A stretch of 63,820 nt of DNA, the filler included, from Octopus bimaculoides (lineage: Eukaryota): assembly GCF_001194135.2 (NCBI RefSeq). It is 8 parts of 8 records of this genome, joined end to end, with 100 filler letters (N's around TTAATTAATTAA, not from the genome) between each part and the next. Parts side by side here need not be neighbours in the genome. Positions count along the whole stretch, not along the records: positions 1 to 18,956 come from NC_068985.1; 7 more parts are not named here. One strand, 5' to 3'. Below the pieces are notes generated by a model. The model did not search any database and was not told the DNA's origin. It saw only the letters and a program-made list of their open reading frames with translations. A program made the position numbers and the translations under genes. Of the stretch, positions 1 through 12,990 are shown in pieces (position 1 is the stretch's first letter; the number at the start of each line of letters is the position of its first letter).

Positions 1-124
1 TGCTACACATTTCTCTACATCAAATTTGTCTTTACATCTGTCTCTATATTCTCTTATTTATACGATTTATATTTTGTCTCCGATGACGGAATACCCAATA
101 AAAGGAAATGTGGATCAGGACATG

Positions 125-826
125 AGGTATAAGTTGACCCGAACCTTTTTCGAAGGTCATCACTGGTGACGAAAGTTGATTCCATGGCTACGACCCGGAA
201 ACGAAGGAGCAATCAAGTCAGTGGAAGCACTCACACCACGCCCCCCCCCCAAAGTGTGTCAAGCGAAGTCGAACGTCAAGACGATGCTGGTCTGTTTCAT
301 CGATTCGAAAGGAATCACCCACACAGTTTCTTTCCCCCTGCAAATCAAACTGGTTAGTAGACATTGTACTTGGCAGTTCTGAAGCGTTTACGAGATACGG
401 CGAGACGAAAACGCCCCGGTCTGTGGCAAAGTGGAAAGCGGTGGTTTCATTACGACAATGCACCTTCGCACGCCACCTTGAGTGTGAGACAGTTTTTAAC
501 TAAAAATGGCATGACCCCGCTAACCATCCTCCCTATTCACTCTACTCACTTGGTCTTGCTCCTTGCAGCTTTCTTTTTGTCCCTCGAAAAAAAAAAGTCC
601 TTAAAGGAAAACATTTTACAGATGTGGAAGGAGTGAAAAAAACGACAGAAGCGTTAAAAGGAATCACTTCGCAAGAGTTCCAGGACTGCTTCCAACAGTG
701 GGAAACGTGTCTGGACCGATGCATCGCTTCAAATGAAGAATACTTTGAAGGCGATAAAAGTGTAAACACTAAGTAAATAAAATAATATTCCAACAAAATT
801 CCGGCTTCTTTTGGGTACTCCCTCGT
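125..826 (+). mobile_element. Mariner (DD34D) transposon, 3' portion, frameshifted transposase pseudogene plus right TIR
   Basis: Reading across frameshifts gives VITGDES*FHGYDPETKEQSSQWKH, KTMLVCFIDSKG, HYDNAPSH, PYS..LAPCSF and FQDCFQQWETCLDRCIASNEEYFEGDK*. A mariner-type TIR (rc CACGAGGGAGTACCCAAAAGAAGCCGGAAT) lies at ~797-826. No left TIR is seen. Confidence 0.9.
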
Positions 827-1439
827 GTGTGTGTGTGTTTGTATGTTTGTATAAATATGCGCAGTCTTTATATGCAGACAATTAGAAATGCATGCAAGAT
901 TGCGTACTCAGCGCTTTTATACATGCATTTAGACCTGCAAATACGTGTGCGCAGTTTCACTGTTTACAAACAAACTCACATATTTTCACACTACAATTAC
1001 TGACATATACACACGCATACACTTGCTTCTATGTATACACATACATGTATACATGCTCATGCCAACACACACAGGCGAACTGACACACATACCCACAGTG
1101 CTGTAAAATAAAAAAAATACAGCTAGAGAGACAGACTCGTAAACATATTTATACAGATGTCCAGACGTAGAGATGCATGCACATTCCCAATTACGCACAT
1201 TGGCGGACAAATACATAAATACAAAAACACAGATGCATGTGTGAATGGGTTATGGTGCCTAAGAATGACCGTAATAGGTAACATCATTAAATGTCTTTTC
1301 CATGTGATACTGTTAAATCAGTCATGGCCTGGGCAAATTCTGATCAAAACTTAAATATTCTGAGTAATACATATGCACAAGTACATGCATGCATACATAC
1401 ATACATACATACATACATACATACATAAACACACTGCCT

Positions 1440-2545
1440 AAATATTAAAACACTTCGAATTAACTTTCTCCAGAAAAGAGAAAGTTAATTCTGAGACAAC
1501 AGATCCAATCCTTCACTGGAACTGTAAAAATCTGTAAAACTTTCCAGAAGTTTATCATTCAAATATATATGAGCATGTCCAGATATGCAACGATATGCAT
1601 GAGAATACATACATAAAACAAAACATATAAACTGCACATATACATACATACAAACAAAAATACCTTGTTGATGTTGAAATTCCAATGAAAGAACCTTGGA
1701 TCTAGGTTAGAAACCGGTTCTTTCTCTATTGGCAAGAAATCTTGAAATAAACTGAATAGTGACATACATACATGCATACATACATAATGGTAGAAGCCAT
1801 GGTCACTCATAATAAAAAGGAGTACTGGTGAAAACCTTATTAAAATGTAACCGATGAAATGTAAGCACAACAGACCTGATATAATTATTTGGGATAGAGA
1901 AGAGAAACTGTGCACTGTTGTGGAAATTAGATGCCCAGCGGATGTGAATATAAGGCTGAAGATCAGTGAAAAAGAGAATACCTACACTGAACTTTGCAGT
2001 TACTCTATCCAGATTAAAAGTTCAGGTTTATACCCGTAATTATTGGGGCCCTGGGATATGTAACACGCTGCCTAAATACCAATCTTGAGAAATTAAACAT
2101 CTCAAAACCAGAAAAGAGAAAGCTGATTCGAAGTCTACAGATCCAATCTATCACTGGAACTGTAAAAATCTGCAAAGCTTTCCAGAAGTTTTTCATTTAA
2201 GTATATATGAGCATGTCTAGATATGCAAGTATCTGCATGAGAAGACATGCATGGAACAAAACATAAAAACCTGCACATATACATACGTGCATGCATACAT
2301 ATAATTATAAATACTCTGCTGTTGATGCTGAAATTCTACTGAAGGAGCCCTGGATCTGGGTTAGAAACCGGCTCTTTATTGGTAAGAAATTTTGAAATAA
2401 AACTGAACAATAACATACATACATACAAACAAAAATACCCCGTTGTTGATGTTGAAATTCAAATGAAGGAGTCTTGGATCTAGGTTAGAAACCGATTATT
2501 TCTCTATTGGCAAGAAAGCTTGAAATAAACTGAATAATGGCAAAC
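1440..2545 (+). mobile_element. Stacked 3' ends of a REL-endonuclease non-LTR retrotransposon (R4/Dong-like)
   Basis: 1854-2200 reads KCKHNRPDIIIWDREEKLCTVVEIRCPAD...FIPVIIGALGYV...LQIQSITGTVKICKAFQKF, a PD-(D/E)xK REL domain C-terminus. The same 3' UTR recurs at ~1560-1765, ~2200-2415 and partly at ~2420-2545. Confidence 0.8.
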
Positions 2546-3868
2546 ATGCATATGTGAATTTGCCTGTGTTAATTACATCCCGAAGATGGAGCTTTGTATC
2601 TTCGCTGGAAACCGGCTCCCTCCTGAGTGGAAGATTTATAATTTAAAATATAGAAGAGACATACACACGTATACACACAGATCTCACACATATACGCAGG
2701 CATTAAACACATGTGCTCACACAACTCACGCATAAATAAACACCTCTGATACGTCAATATTCACACACACACACACACACACACATACACACACATGTAT
2801 ATACACCTAATTATGCTACGCGTTGTATCTTATCAGAGTTTATTATATAAACAGGTAATAGAAAATTAGTCAGGATGCGTCTGCTACACTTTCTGCCACG
2901 TCAAATCGTTTTTGATAAAAATTACAAACCCGCGATTTCTATGGTTATGTAAACTTTATATAAAATGTTCGAAAGGAGTTTGGAGATTGGACGCTTTGCG
3001 TATGACATTATATATANNNNNNNNNNNNNNNNNNNNNNNNNNNNNNNNNNNNNNNNNNNNNNNNNNNNNNNNNNNNNNNNNNNNNNNNNNNNNNNNNNNN
3101 NNNNNNNNNNNNNNNNNNNNNNNNNNNNNNNNNNNNNNNNNNNNNNNNNNNNNNNNNNNNNNNNNNNNNNNNNNNNNNNNNNNNNNNNNNNNNNNNNNNN
3201 NNNNNNNNNNNNNNNNNNNNNNNNNNNNNNNNNNNNNNNNNNNNNNNNNNNNNNNNNNNNNNNNNNNNNNNNNNNNNNNNNNNNNNNNNNNNNNNNNNNN
3301 NNNNNNNNNNNNNNNNNNNNNNNNNNNNNNNNNNNNNNNNNNNNNNNNNNNNNNNNNNNNNNNNNNNNNNNNNNNNNNNNNNNNNNNNNNNNNNNNNNNN
3401 NNNNNNNNNNNNNNNNNNNNNNNNNNNNNNNNNNNNNNNNNNNNNNNNNNNNNNNNNNNNNNNNNNNNNNNNNNNNNNNNNNNNNNNNNNNNNNNNNNNN
3501 NNNNNNNNNNNNNNNNNNNNNNNNNNNNNNNNNNNNNNNNNNNNNNNNNNNNNNNNNNNNNNNNNNNNNNNNNNNNNNNNNNNNNNNNNNNNNNNNNNNN
3601 NNNNNNNNNNNNNNNNNNNNNNNNNNNNNNNNNNNNNNNNNNNNNNNNNNNNNNNNNNNNNNNNNNNNNNNNNNNNNNNNNNNNNNNNNNNNNNNNNNNN
3701 NNNNNNNNNNNNNNNNNNNNNNNNNNNNNNNNNNNNNNNNNNNNNNNNNNNNNNNNNNNNNNNNNNNNNNNNNNNNNNNNNNNNNNNNNNNNNNNNNNNN
3801 NNNNNNNNNNNNNNNNNNNNNNNNNNNNNNNNNNNNNNNNNNNNNNNNNNNNNNNNNNNNNNNNNNNN

Positions 3869-4049
3869 AGTGATTGGTTGAAATTATCGAAATAAGACAA
3901 TTTTTTACATGAAATAAATTCGAATACAAAAATATTTTTCTGTTCTATAACACAAAATAGATAAGTATACGAAGTTTGAAAGTCTTTCCGTACCAAAAAC
4001 ACTACGTAAAACATTAATGAAAAATGTGGCCCCCGTTTTAAAAAAGATC
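3869..4049 (-). mobile_element. MITE arm emerging from a gap; near-identical inverted copy of 7467-7647
   Basis: Its reverse complement matches 7467-7647 with one mismatch by eye; it ends GGCCCCCGTTTTAAAAAAGATC. Confidence 0.8.
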
Positions 4050-4131
4050 AGCATACTGTCTCGATCTAATCGAGTGACCCCCTCCCGCCAAATTTCAGAC
4101 CTTGTGCCTATAGAAGAAAGGACTATTGATA

Positions 4132-4592
4132 TGGTAGTGAGCCGACAAACTCATAAGCACAACAGCAAAATGCTAACTGGCGTTTTTCTGGCTTTCGTTT
4201 TGAAATTTAATTCCACCGAGATCGATTTAGTATTTTATCCTTCGAGGTCGATTCCATCTGTCACACTATTCCCTCAAAATGTTAGGCTTTGTGCTTATAG
4301 TAGCAAGGATTATTATTATTATTATTATTATTATTGTTTTCATTAATTTTATTATTATTATGATTATTATTATTACTGAGTGAGAGAGCAGTGCATGCAA
4401 TCAAAGGGACACTAGGGTAAAATATGCGAAGCCTAGTATATCCATCATGACTACCTGGTACTTATTTAATCGACCCGAAAGGATGAAAGGCAAAGTTAAC
4501 CTCGGCGGAATTTGAACTCAGAACGTAGCGGCAGACGAAATACCGCTAAGCATTTCGCCCGGCATGCTAACGTTTCTGCCAGCTCGCCGCCT
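4132..4592. mobile_element. Two tRNA-derived SINEs: degenerate + copy (~4132-4310) and - copy (~4375-4592)
   Basis: The - copy has the family head (rc AAGGCGGCGAGCTGGCAGAAACGTTAGC...GAGTTCAAATTCCGCCGAGG) with A/B-box-like motifs. Confidence 0.8.
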
Positions 4593-4769
4593 TTATTAAT
4601 ACAACTTATTGAAGATAAATTTTTTTCTCCTTTCACCTTCTTCAGAAAAAAAAAACCGTCCGTCCTTAGTCTGTTCAGTCGACGCTCCGTCTCTGCTGCC
4701 ATAACCACCAACGAAGAAAAACTTTTCTACGTTTCTTAGCTACAGGAAGAGAGAGAGAGAGCGATGTGT

Positions 4770-5400
4770 TCATCATGATGAATTTGGCCTATGAACAGAT
4801 CCCTTCTATACACTTATATCAGCTTTCCGACAAAACTGCAAATGTAAGCAACACTCCAACTCCGACTGAGTACAAGCAGAACGGTTTCATCGCTCTATCG
4901 TCGTTACGGACAGAATCGGTTGACAGAAGTTCTATGCCTGAAGAATTTGCCATTAACTGGCAATATCCTCTATCTCCGTAGCATTGTCAGGTTATGGAAT
5001 TCTAAAAGTTATCCATAGTTTCCCGTTTCAAAGTCTTCCCAAACAATCCAACCAGATGGTTCTCATCAATGCCCAGTATTTCCCCACAAATCGTCATTAT
5101 TTCACACAAGTCCTCTGTAAAAAGCTAAGATGGAAGCCTCACCGATTACATAACCCAATTGATAGACGCATTTGATCGTCTGGCTACGTTCCAGAGGCCA
5201 GTTACTCAGTCTGGGTCTTTGACTGATCAAGGACAGCAGTTCTTATGAACAGATGGATTATGGAAAATGCGAGCATCATAAAAAACAATTACACCAGGAT
5301 CTGCAACCACAGTACTTTTCTGCGCATCTCATCAACTACGGTAAACCGAGTAATGCAGAGGTTGTTAACAACGGATGGCACGTCCACCTGGCGAAATACC
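4770..5400 (+). pseudogene. Possible highly decayed Gypsy-type integrase remnant
   Basis: Ordered weak motifs across frames: LAYEQIPSI (cf. LAHEGHPGI), WQYPLSP* (cf. WxxPxxPW), LIDAF, TDQGQQF (cf. SDNGPQF). Confidence 0.4.
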
Positions 5401-5696
5401 AAATTGTATGAATACACTCCTTCGAGTAAACACCTATTTTTTGTAAGATACTTCGACGGTAAATTATTTACCTATTTCATTAAACACACAAGTTTAGTTG
5501 TTTATAATCTATTAGATACAAACTTAACGAGTTCCTTTATGTAATATTTTCCCGGACAGTTGGTGAATGTCTTATCCTGTCTTTGGTATGTTACGTATGT
5601 TGGTGTATGCGCGCGCGTGTGTATATGTGCGTGTGTAAGAGAGAGAGAGAAAGAGAGAGAGAGAGAGGGGGAAGAGAAAAAGAGTGTGGGTGCATG

Positions 5697-5733
<37 letters not shown>

Positions 5734-6182
5734 GAGAGAAAAAGAGTGTGTGTGTGTGTGTGCCTGCTTACGTCTATACTTCCTGTTGCTTGGAAAGATG
5801 AATTTGATACGAAACAATTCCAGGTGGACATGATGGTTGGATATTTCGAAGGGACTTTGACCACCAAGATTACCTGATTTAATATCACCAGACTTTTTTA
5901 TTCTCTTATAAAGTTTTTTAAAGTCTAATATATTCTTTTGCAGTCTTATACCATCTTATAAATATTTATTTTGCAATAAAATACTTACTGCGGAGAGACT
6001 TTTTCAACACCCTGTGTTTGTGTGTATGCATATATATATATATATATATATANNNNNNNNNNNNNNNNNNNNNNNNNNNNNNNNNNNNNNNNNNNNNNNN
6101 NNNNNNNNNNNNNNNNNNNNNNNNNNNNNNNNNNNNNNNNNNNNNNNNNNNNNNNNNNNNNNNNNNNNNNNNNNNNNNNNNN

Positions 6183-6255
<73 letters not shown>

Positions 6256-7061
6256 ATGTATGTATCTGTTTATGCATTCTCTATTGTTTTGGCCCCGATA
6301 TTGATTTCGTTTTCCTTCATCGTTCCGATTTCCTTTTTCTATCTCCCTCTTAACCGCATTTAACGTATCCGCAGGTGACATCACATATCTCATTAATTTA
6401 ATAGCACGAGTCCCTCTGGCAAGGACAGCCGGAAGCAATCTCATACGATTACAGTATTAGTACTTTAACAGTCATTATTCATGTTCTCTCTCTCTCTCTC
6501 TCTCTCAGTATACATGTATCCGTGCGTGTGTATGTCTCTCTGTCTATGTGCGTGCGTGTGTCTGTCTGTCTCTCTCTCTCTCTCTGTCTGTGTTCTATGT
6601 ATGTAGGTGCGTGTGTATGTGTCTGTCTGTCTGGCTGGCTGACTGTGTGCGCGCGTGTGTGTATGTATGCGTGCATATGTGCATGCGTGCCTCTGTGTGT
6701 GTGTGTGTGTGTGTGCGCGTGAGTGTGTATATCGTCGAGCAGTATGTTCCTGGCTTTTAACTGGTGAGAATGTTATCGACGGTTTCGCCCCCGACTACTG
6801 CACCTGGTCATATTGACGACTCGTCAGAGATGGTGGCCAGGTTCACATATTGCCCCAGAAAAGACATGCAACTGAAGGCGATCGTTTACAATCTTTCTGA
6901 AGGTGTTTCTCTGTAAATTTGCCAACCTACAGGAGCCTAGTTCAGTAAATGGCTTTTCTTTACTTCTGCTATTAAGAGAAACTCATTTTTCTCATGAACT
7001 TAGGAGTCATTCATATTGGATTAAATAAAACATTTTTCACCACGTGGAATATCGCTTATAA

Positions 7062-7324
7062 CAGTGGTTTCCAATCTTTTTCGGGCTGCCAATTGCATCA
7101 CACCCAGGCCACATTCCGAGCGTCCCCACCCCAACTAACCATCACAAACATAGTTCTCATTCTGAACCAAATTGAAAGCAACTGTATTTCACAAATAAAA
7201 CTTAACCTAATGAACCCGTTATTTTGATGTTTTTACATAAATCGCTACCCCATTATCGCCCCACTTTTCTTGGAACTTTCCACCGCCCTCATGGGGACAA
7301 TACCGCCCACTTTGGGAACCACTA
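7062..7324. mobile_element. hAT (Charlie-like) MITE with perfect 8-bp TSD
   Basis: Termini CAGTGGTTTCCAA ... TTTGGGAACCACTA; GCTTATAA is duplicated at 7054-7061 and 7325-7332. Confidence 0.9.
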
Positions 7325-7466
7325 GCTTATAAGATCAAGTGTGACATCGACAACAGCATCACCAATACTGATATCTATCTGTCTATAACTTGGATAACTC
7401 AGATTGGTTTCGGCCATTATTGGCCCAGGCCATGACTAACTCAATAGCACCGCCTGGAAAAGTTCG

Positions 7467-8073
7467 GATCTTTTTTAAAACGGGGGCCACATTTTTCATT
7501 AATGTTTTACGTAGTGTTTTTGGTACCGAAAGACTTTCAAACTTCGTATACTTATCTATTTTGTGTTATAGAACAGAAAAATATTTTTGTATTCGAATTT
7601 ATTTCATGTAAAAAATTGTCTTATTTCGATAATTTCAACCAATCACTGACAAGTATTCAGTTGTTTACATTTACTCCTTTGGCTGATTAAGCCATAGCTT
7701 CGTTTTATTTGCTTTTTTCATTTTAAATTTGCTTTTTTCATTTTCGTTTTTTTTTTCTTCGTTTNNNNNNNNNNNNNNNNNNNNNNNNNNNNNNNNNNNN
7801 NNNNNNNNNNNNNNNNNNNNNNNNNNNNNNNNNNNNNNNNNNNNNNNNNNNNNNNNNNNNNNNGTCGGCACTTAATGTATATCGGCTGAATGGACGTCAG
7901 TGATTGGTTGAAATTACAGAAATACGACAACTTTAACATGGAATAACTTGGGATTTCTTTTTTTTTTAAGAAGACTAAGAAAAAAAGATGTTTTATATGA
8001 CACATTCTACCAGTGTTCCAAGTTTCAAAGTGTTTCGTTAATGAAAAATGTGGCCCCCGTTTTAAAAAAGATC
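7467..8073. mobile_element. Palindromic MITE (~600 bp including a gap) with long TIRs ending in GATC
   Basis: GATCTTTTTTAAAACGGGGGCCACATTTTTCATTAA at 7467 and its exact reverse complement ending at 8073; an internal inverted GTGATTGGTTGAAATT motif is also present. Confidence 0.85.
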
Positions 8074-8099
8074 CAAAAGTACTTTTAGTTAATTATTTC

Positions 8100-8770
8100 G
8101 ATTCACCATGGACCACTCAAGCAGAGAGTTGTTGTTGGTTGAGACGTATCCAGCAGTAGGTAGTTTATCCGGTATTTCCTGGAGGAATTTGTCCAGGTAC
8201 CGTTTGAAAGTTGTGGGTCTTTTTCTACTTTAATTTCTTTCTGGATAACATTGAAAAATGCAGGACCATTTGCAGTGAAGAAATTGTGTCGCAATGTTCT
8301 TATGTGATGTGATCTCGACCTTTGTAGGGGACGCATTGCACGGGGGCCCAGTCTTAGGTGAATTGTAAACATAATACTGATATCATTTGGATAATATTGG
8401 TGGAATATTTTCCACATGGTGCAAATAATGTATTGTTCACGGCGGTGTTATATTTCCTTTGTTCATTTTGAATTTAATTAATTTTGGATCACTTTTCATA
8501 TATATTTCAATGGTATTTTTTATAACTTCATATGTTAATACGATAGAAACAATTGTTGGCTTTGTAAGGTGAATTCTTCAAAAAAGATGTAATTTTCTCT
8601 ATCCGTATGTAATACTCTGAATTTCTCAAGATCCATCTAAATGGTCTACTTGTCATACATGAGGAATTACCTTCAAAGTGTATTCTATTTAAATTTACTG
8701 ATGTCTGATTGTTGGATATACTGAACCAAATTCGTTTATAACTGGATGCCTGTATTTTTTTATTTCCGTT
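8100..8770 (-). mobile_element. CR1/L2-group LINE 3' remnant
   Basis: ORF 8103-8417 (WKI...PN...RLG.RA.RP...HIRTLRHNFFTANGPAFFNVI.KEIK) resembles the post-RT C-terminus of CR1/L2-type ORF2. Confidence 0.6.
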
Positions 8771-8896
8771 TTTTTTTTCTTATATACACATAATAAACAT
8801 CATTCTTATTAAGATTAAAAAAAAATTATCCCTTCAAAAAGCCCACTCCCCCAAAATTTCGGGCCTTGTGCCTAGATTAGAAAATAATAATAATAG

Positions 8897-9115
8897 TGCG
8901 ACGTGCTGGCAGAATCGTTAGCGCACTGGACGAAATGCTTTGTGGTATTTCGCCTGTCGCTACGTTCTGAGTTCAAATTCCGCCGATTTTGCCTTTCATC
9001 CTTTCGGTGTCGATTAAATAAGTACCAGTTACGCACTGGGGTCGATGTAATCGACTTAATCCCCTTGTTTGTCCCCTCTATGTTTAGCCCGCTGTGGGCA
9101 ATAAAGAAATAAATA
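8897..9115 (+). mobile_element. tRNA-derived SINE, near full length (major family)
   Basis: TGGCAGAATCGTTAGC (A-box-like), GAGTTCAAATTCC (B box), tail GGCAATAAAGAAATAA. Confidence 0.9.
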
Positions 9116-9554
9116 ATTATTAGCTCTGGCTAATTCTAGAAGACATTTTATGTCATAAATCACAATGTTTGAACTACGGAAATGTTGACTGTTAAGGTTA
9201 GGGTTGGGCCATCCCTCATTTTTCTGGAAATGAATAATTCAAAAGTTACATTTTCAATATGTTTTTTCCTTTTTTCTAGGATGAAAAGCTGTAATTTAGG
9301 AAAGATTTGGCTATTTGTTTCTTACGCGTCGGGGACCATGAGTAAAGTATTTCTGTTCACCATTCTCTAAATCACGATGGCACGGTTTCCACGGAGTTAC
9401 AAAGCAGCTTCATGATTCTTACGTCTGACGAAATTAATCTTCTTGAGGGAGACCATTGCCATTCATGATCACAACGGTCCTATCGGCATTGTAATTAATC
9501 TGAACATCTTGAAGACCTGCTACGGATGGTGGGTACGGACTGACTTGAGAGACG

Positions 9555-9765
9555 CTCATGGTCACGAGAGTCCTCTAGGCACAGTAATTAAACTGTTGTG
9601 ACTCATGACCACAACAGCCTTATACATGTAAAAATTAAACCGTTGTGACTCATGGTCACAAGAGTCATAATAAGCACAGTAGTTAAACCGTTGTGACTCA
9701 TGATCACAACAGCCCCATCCATACCTGTTAGAGAGCTGTGGTTCATAATCACAAGAGTATTATAA
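9555..9765. repeat. ~47-bp periodic array of TTAAACCGTTGTGACTCATG(G/A)TCACAA hairpin units with alternating spacers
   Basis: TGACTCA occurs at 9599, 9646 and 9694, with degenerate flanking units. Confidence 0.8.
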
Positions 9766-10994
9766 GCATACTACGCATGTCAGCTTTTATTTGCACTAAT
9801 TAGATACGAAAACACTTATTCACTGACGACAGGAGCCTGTCTGTGGTCGCTTAGTGTGTTAGATAAGCAAACAAATACTCCTCAAACCACACCCGACTCT
9901 ATAAGTATACAGACATATTTAACAACGAGGTTCAGGGTGCATTATTTACGAAAAATACAAAAATAGATAAAATGGGCTTGACATGAATAAATTTGGTCAT
10001 TAATCCGTTTCAACAGAACCTGTTTGAGGTTAGACAACAATAACGATAACTGGTAGGTTATTTCGAACTAACTTAATAAATGAATCACTGCCAGTTAATG
10101 TTTAGCACGTTGAAACCGACGCAGGTGGAATTAAGAACCGGATAAAACCAGATTATACACAACAACCACACAGCAACACAAAGTATCTTGTAAATTTCTC
10201 AAATGGATGTGGTACGACCTTAAGTAGTCCAGTCGGCTGTGACATTTTCAATTACTTTATTAAACCATTGATTCTATTTATCGAGGTTTTAAAACATGTC
10301 CTAACTTGCTCACGTCGGTGGTATGCGATTCCCTTGTGTAAATTCTTCTTCTACAATATTGTTTCTTAGAAACTCTAAGCTTCTTACTGAAATAAGTAAT
10401 ACTAGAAGTTTGTTTTTATAACACTTCAAACGACACTTTAATCTTTATTCATTTATAGTTTTGTAACTGTCTTATTTTGTTTTCTTTTATTTCTCATTTA
10501 CACTGATAATTTATGATAGAGATTTAATTATTTTTAAGCACATTTTTTCCGTGTACATATTCTCACTAAACTAGGGAATCATTGAAACGCCAGCTACATC
10601 GCTCTCAAGCCACACACGTCTGTCTGACATTAAAAGGTGGAACCCATTAGACAATGTTATGACATGGGGAAATTTGATAGGTATACCTTCTGCATGAAAA
10701 ACATATAGTTAAATGGAGCTACTTAACGAAATATTTCCAAAAATGTTTTATCAATTAGAACACAGATAATCAAAAGAAAAATTACTAGCGTTAATGATCA
10801 TTCTTTCCAAGGAATACAAGACGGATAATCCCAAGATACAAATTTATAAAATATTATTTGAACTTGAAGCGTTGGCATGTAGTGGAGAGTGAGTTCAAGC
10901 TCTGTATGTACTGCAGGCATACTCTGGTCTTATTGGAGTTCATTAGAGAAGCTTATGTATTTAACAAGACTTTCAAGTGACTGGAAAAGCTGTT

Positions 10995-11038
10995 GGCACT
11001 CCGTCGCTTACGACGTCGAGGGTTCCAGTTGATCAGAT
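10995..11038 (-). mobile_element. 3' tail of the same SINE family as 13535-13881, running out of a gap
   Basis: rc GATCAACTGGAACCCTCGACGTCGTAAGCGACGGAGTGCCA matches 13842-13881. Confidence 0.7.
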
Positions 11039-11138
11039 NNNNNNNNNNNNNNNNNNNNNNNNNNNNNNNNNNNNNNNNNNNNNNNNNNNNNNNNNNNNNN
11101 NNNNNNNNNNNNNNNNNNNNNNNNNNNNNNNNNNNNNN

Positions 11139-11172
<34 letters not shown>

Positions 11173-11754
11173 GTGTGTGTGTGTGCGCTTAATCTACGTT
11201 TATTGTCGTGCAAAATCTTCAGTCACTTTAAACAATTATAAATCTCTAGTAATTGCCAACTTATAAGTGGATGTTTCGCATTGCGTTTTTTTACAAGTGA
11301 AACATTGGCCCTGTTGGAGTCATTTCCATACTTAATCATTATATGTTTTAGTAGGGGTTCTGAATGACAAAGGAAGATGAGAGATGGACCACCAAGAATA
11401 GCCGTGCAAGAGTTTTCGGCCACCTCACATAAACCAATCAAGATACAGTGTTTGAAAACAGAAAAAATGTCTATAATGAAAATTTATTACATAATATTCA
11501 TTTCAAGAAATTACTGTACATTGTTAATATCTCGCGTAGCTTCCCTCAGCTTCAATACACCCGGGGAGATATGCGTCCAAATCCTGTTCCTGGATTGCAA
11601 ACACATACCTTTGACAGTGGGAGTGTGTTATCCGGTTGTTGGTTCATGACAGACTGCCTTGATGTTACTATCGTCTCGGAGCCTTCCGCTAACATATCCA
11701 TGCATTGTCTTCTGTTCATATATGCTCATCTTTTCATCTAATGATACGTATCTA

Positions 11755-12170
11755 TGTATGTGTGTGTGTATATGTATATGTATGTGTGTGTATGTATGTG
11801 TGTATGTATGTGTGTATGTATGTATGCGTGTATGCATGCATGTATGTGTGTATGAATGCATGTGTATATATATTATGTATGTGTATGTATGTATGTATGT
11901 ATGTATGTATGTATGTATGAATGTATGTGTGTATGTATGTATGAGTATGTGCATGTATGTGTGTATGAATATATGTATGTATGTGTGTGTATGAATATAG
12001 GCATGTATTTGTGTATGTACGTGTGAATATATGTGTGTATTATGAATGTATGAATGTGTGTATGTATGTATGTATGAATGTATGCGTATATATATGTGTA
12101 TGTACGTAAGTATGAATGTATGCATGCATGTGTGTGTATTTCTCTGTGTCTGCATGTCTGCATGTTTGTA
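11755..12170. repeat. Compound (TGTA)n/(TG)n microsatellite; similar tracts at ~18720-18955, 20320-20610, 59040-59185
   Basis: Direct reading; these tracts produce the spurious MYVC/HTYI ORFs. Confidence 0.95.
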
Positions 12171-12990
12171 TATAATTATGTATATATGGAGTCAAGGCCG
12201 ATTTGAGCTAAAGTAAAACAACATCAAAACCAACCCCAAAATCTCCGACAATCAGAAAACAATATTTTTCTTTAGCACCAAAGATATACAATACCTTCTT
12301 TCAATTTATACGCTTTTATCCTTTTATTTATTTGCGTGTTTAATCATTCGTCTGCTTTATTTTTATGTTCTCATAAAATTTTATTATTTCAAAATTTATT
12401 CTTTTTTTTTTTTTTTTTTTTTTTTTTGCATTTATGACTCAATTGAAGAAAAGGTTTGACTCCCTGTCACCCCTGTGCTTCCAGCAAGGCATTTATTTAT
12501 GTTTTGTAGCCGATATACGATATTGCTTCTGCATATTACATTCTACAATCTAAACGTAGCTTCGCACAAACCATATATCTCTGCAAGCGTGTATATGCGT
12601 GTGTTGTGCATGTACATGTATGTGTGAGTTTAATATATATACATATATATATGCTAATGTTGTAGTGCTCGTTATCTGTCTAGCTCTCTTTCTCTCTTTC
12701 CTTCTACCTCTCTCTCTCTCTCTTTCCTTCTACCTCTCTCTCTCTCTTTCTCTCTCTGTTTCCTTCTTTTTTTTCTCCATCTGACATACTAGAAATAGAA
12801 ACCTGCCAGGACTATAAATGAATAATTCATTTTTTTTGAAAAAAGGTAGAAAGTAGTAATTTTTAAAAACATGGAAAACTAAAGTACGATTCAGAATATA
12901 AACACAAAAAAATCTATCACAAACATAACAAACATATATGTAAAAATTTATAAAGGTGCACGGTGGTGCTGTGCATTTGCATGCATACAT

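Noticed and set aside
1680-1725. TGAA(A/G)GA...GAAACCGGTTC in the REL LINE 3' UTR as a hammerhead
   Set aside because: The CUGANGA core is not matched in any of the three copies and stem I is absent; it is treated as a plain 3' UTR hairpin.
6720-6950. GC-richer island with a ~50-codon open stretch
   Set aside because: No recognisable motif or convincing splice context; it cannot be supported as an exon.
9555-9765. CRISPR-like repeat-spacer appearance
   Set aside because: The context is eukaryotic with no cas genes, and alternate spacers are homologous to each other, as in a higher-order tandem repeat.
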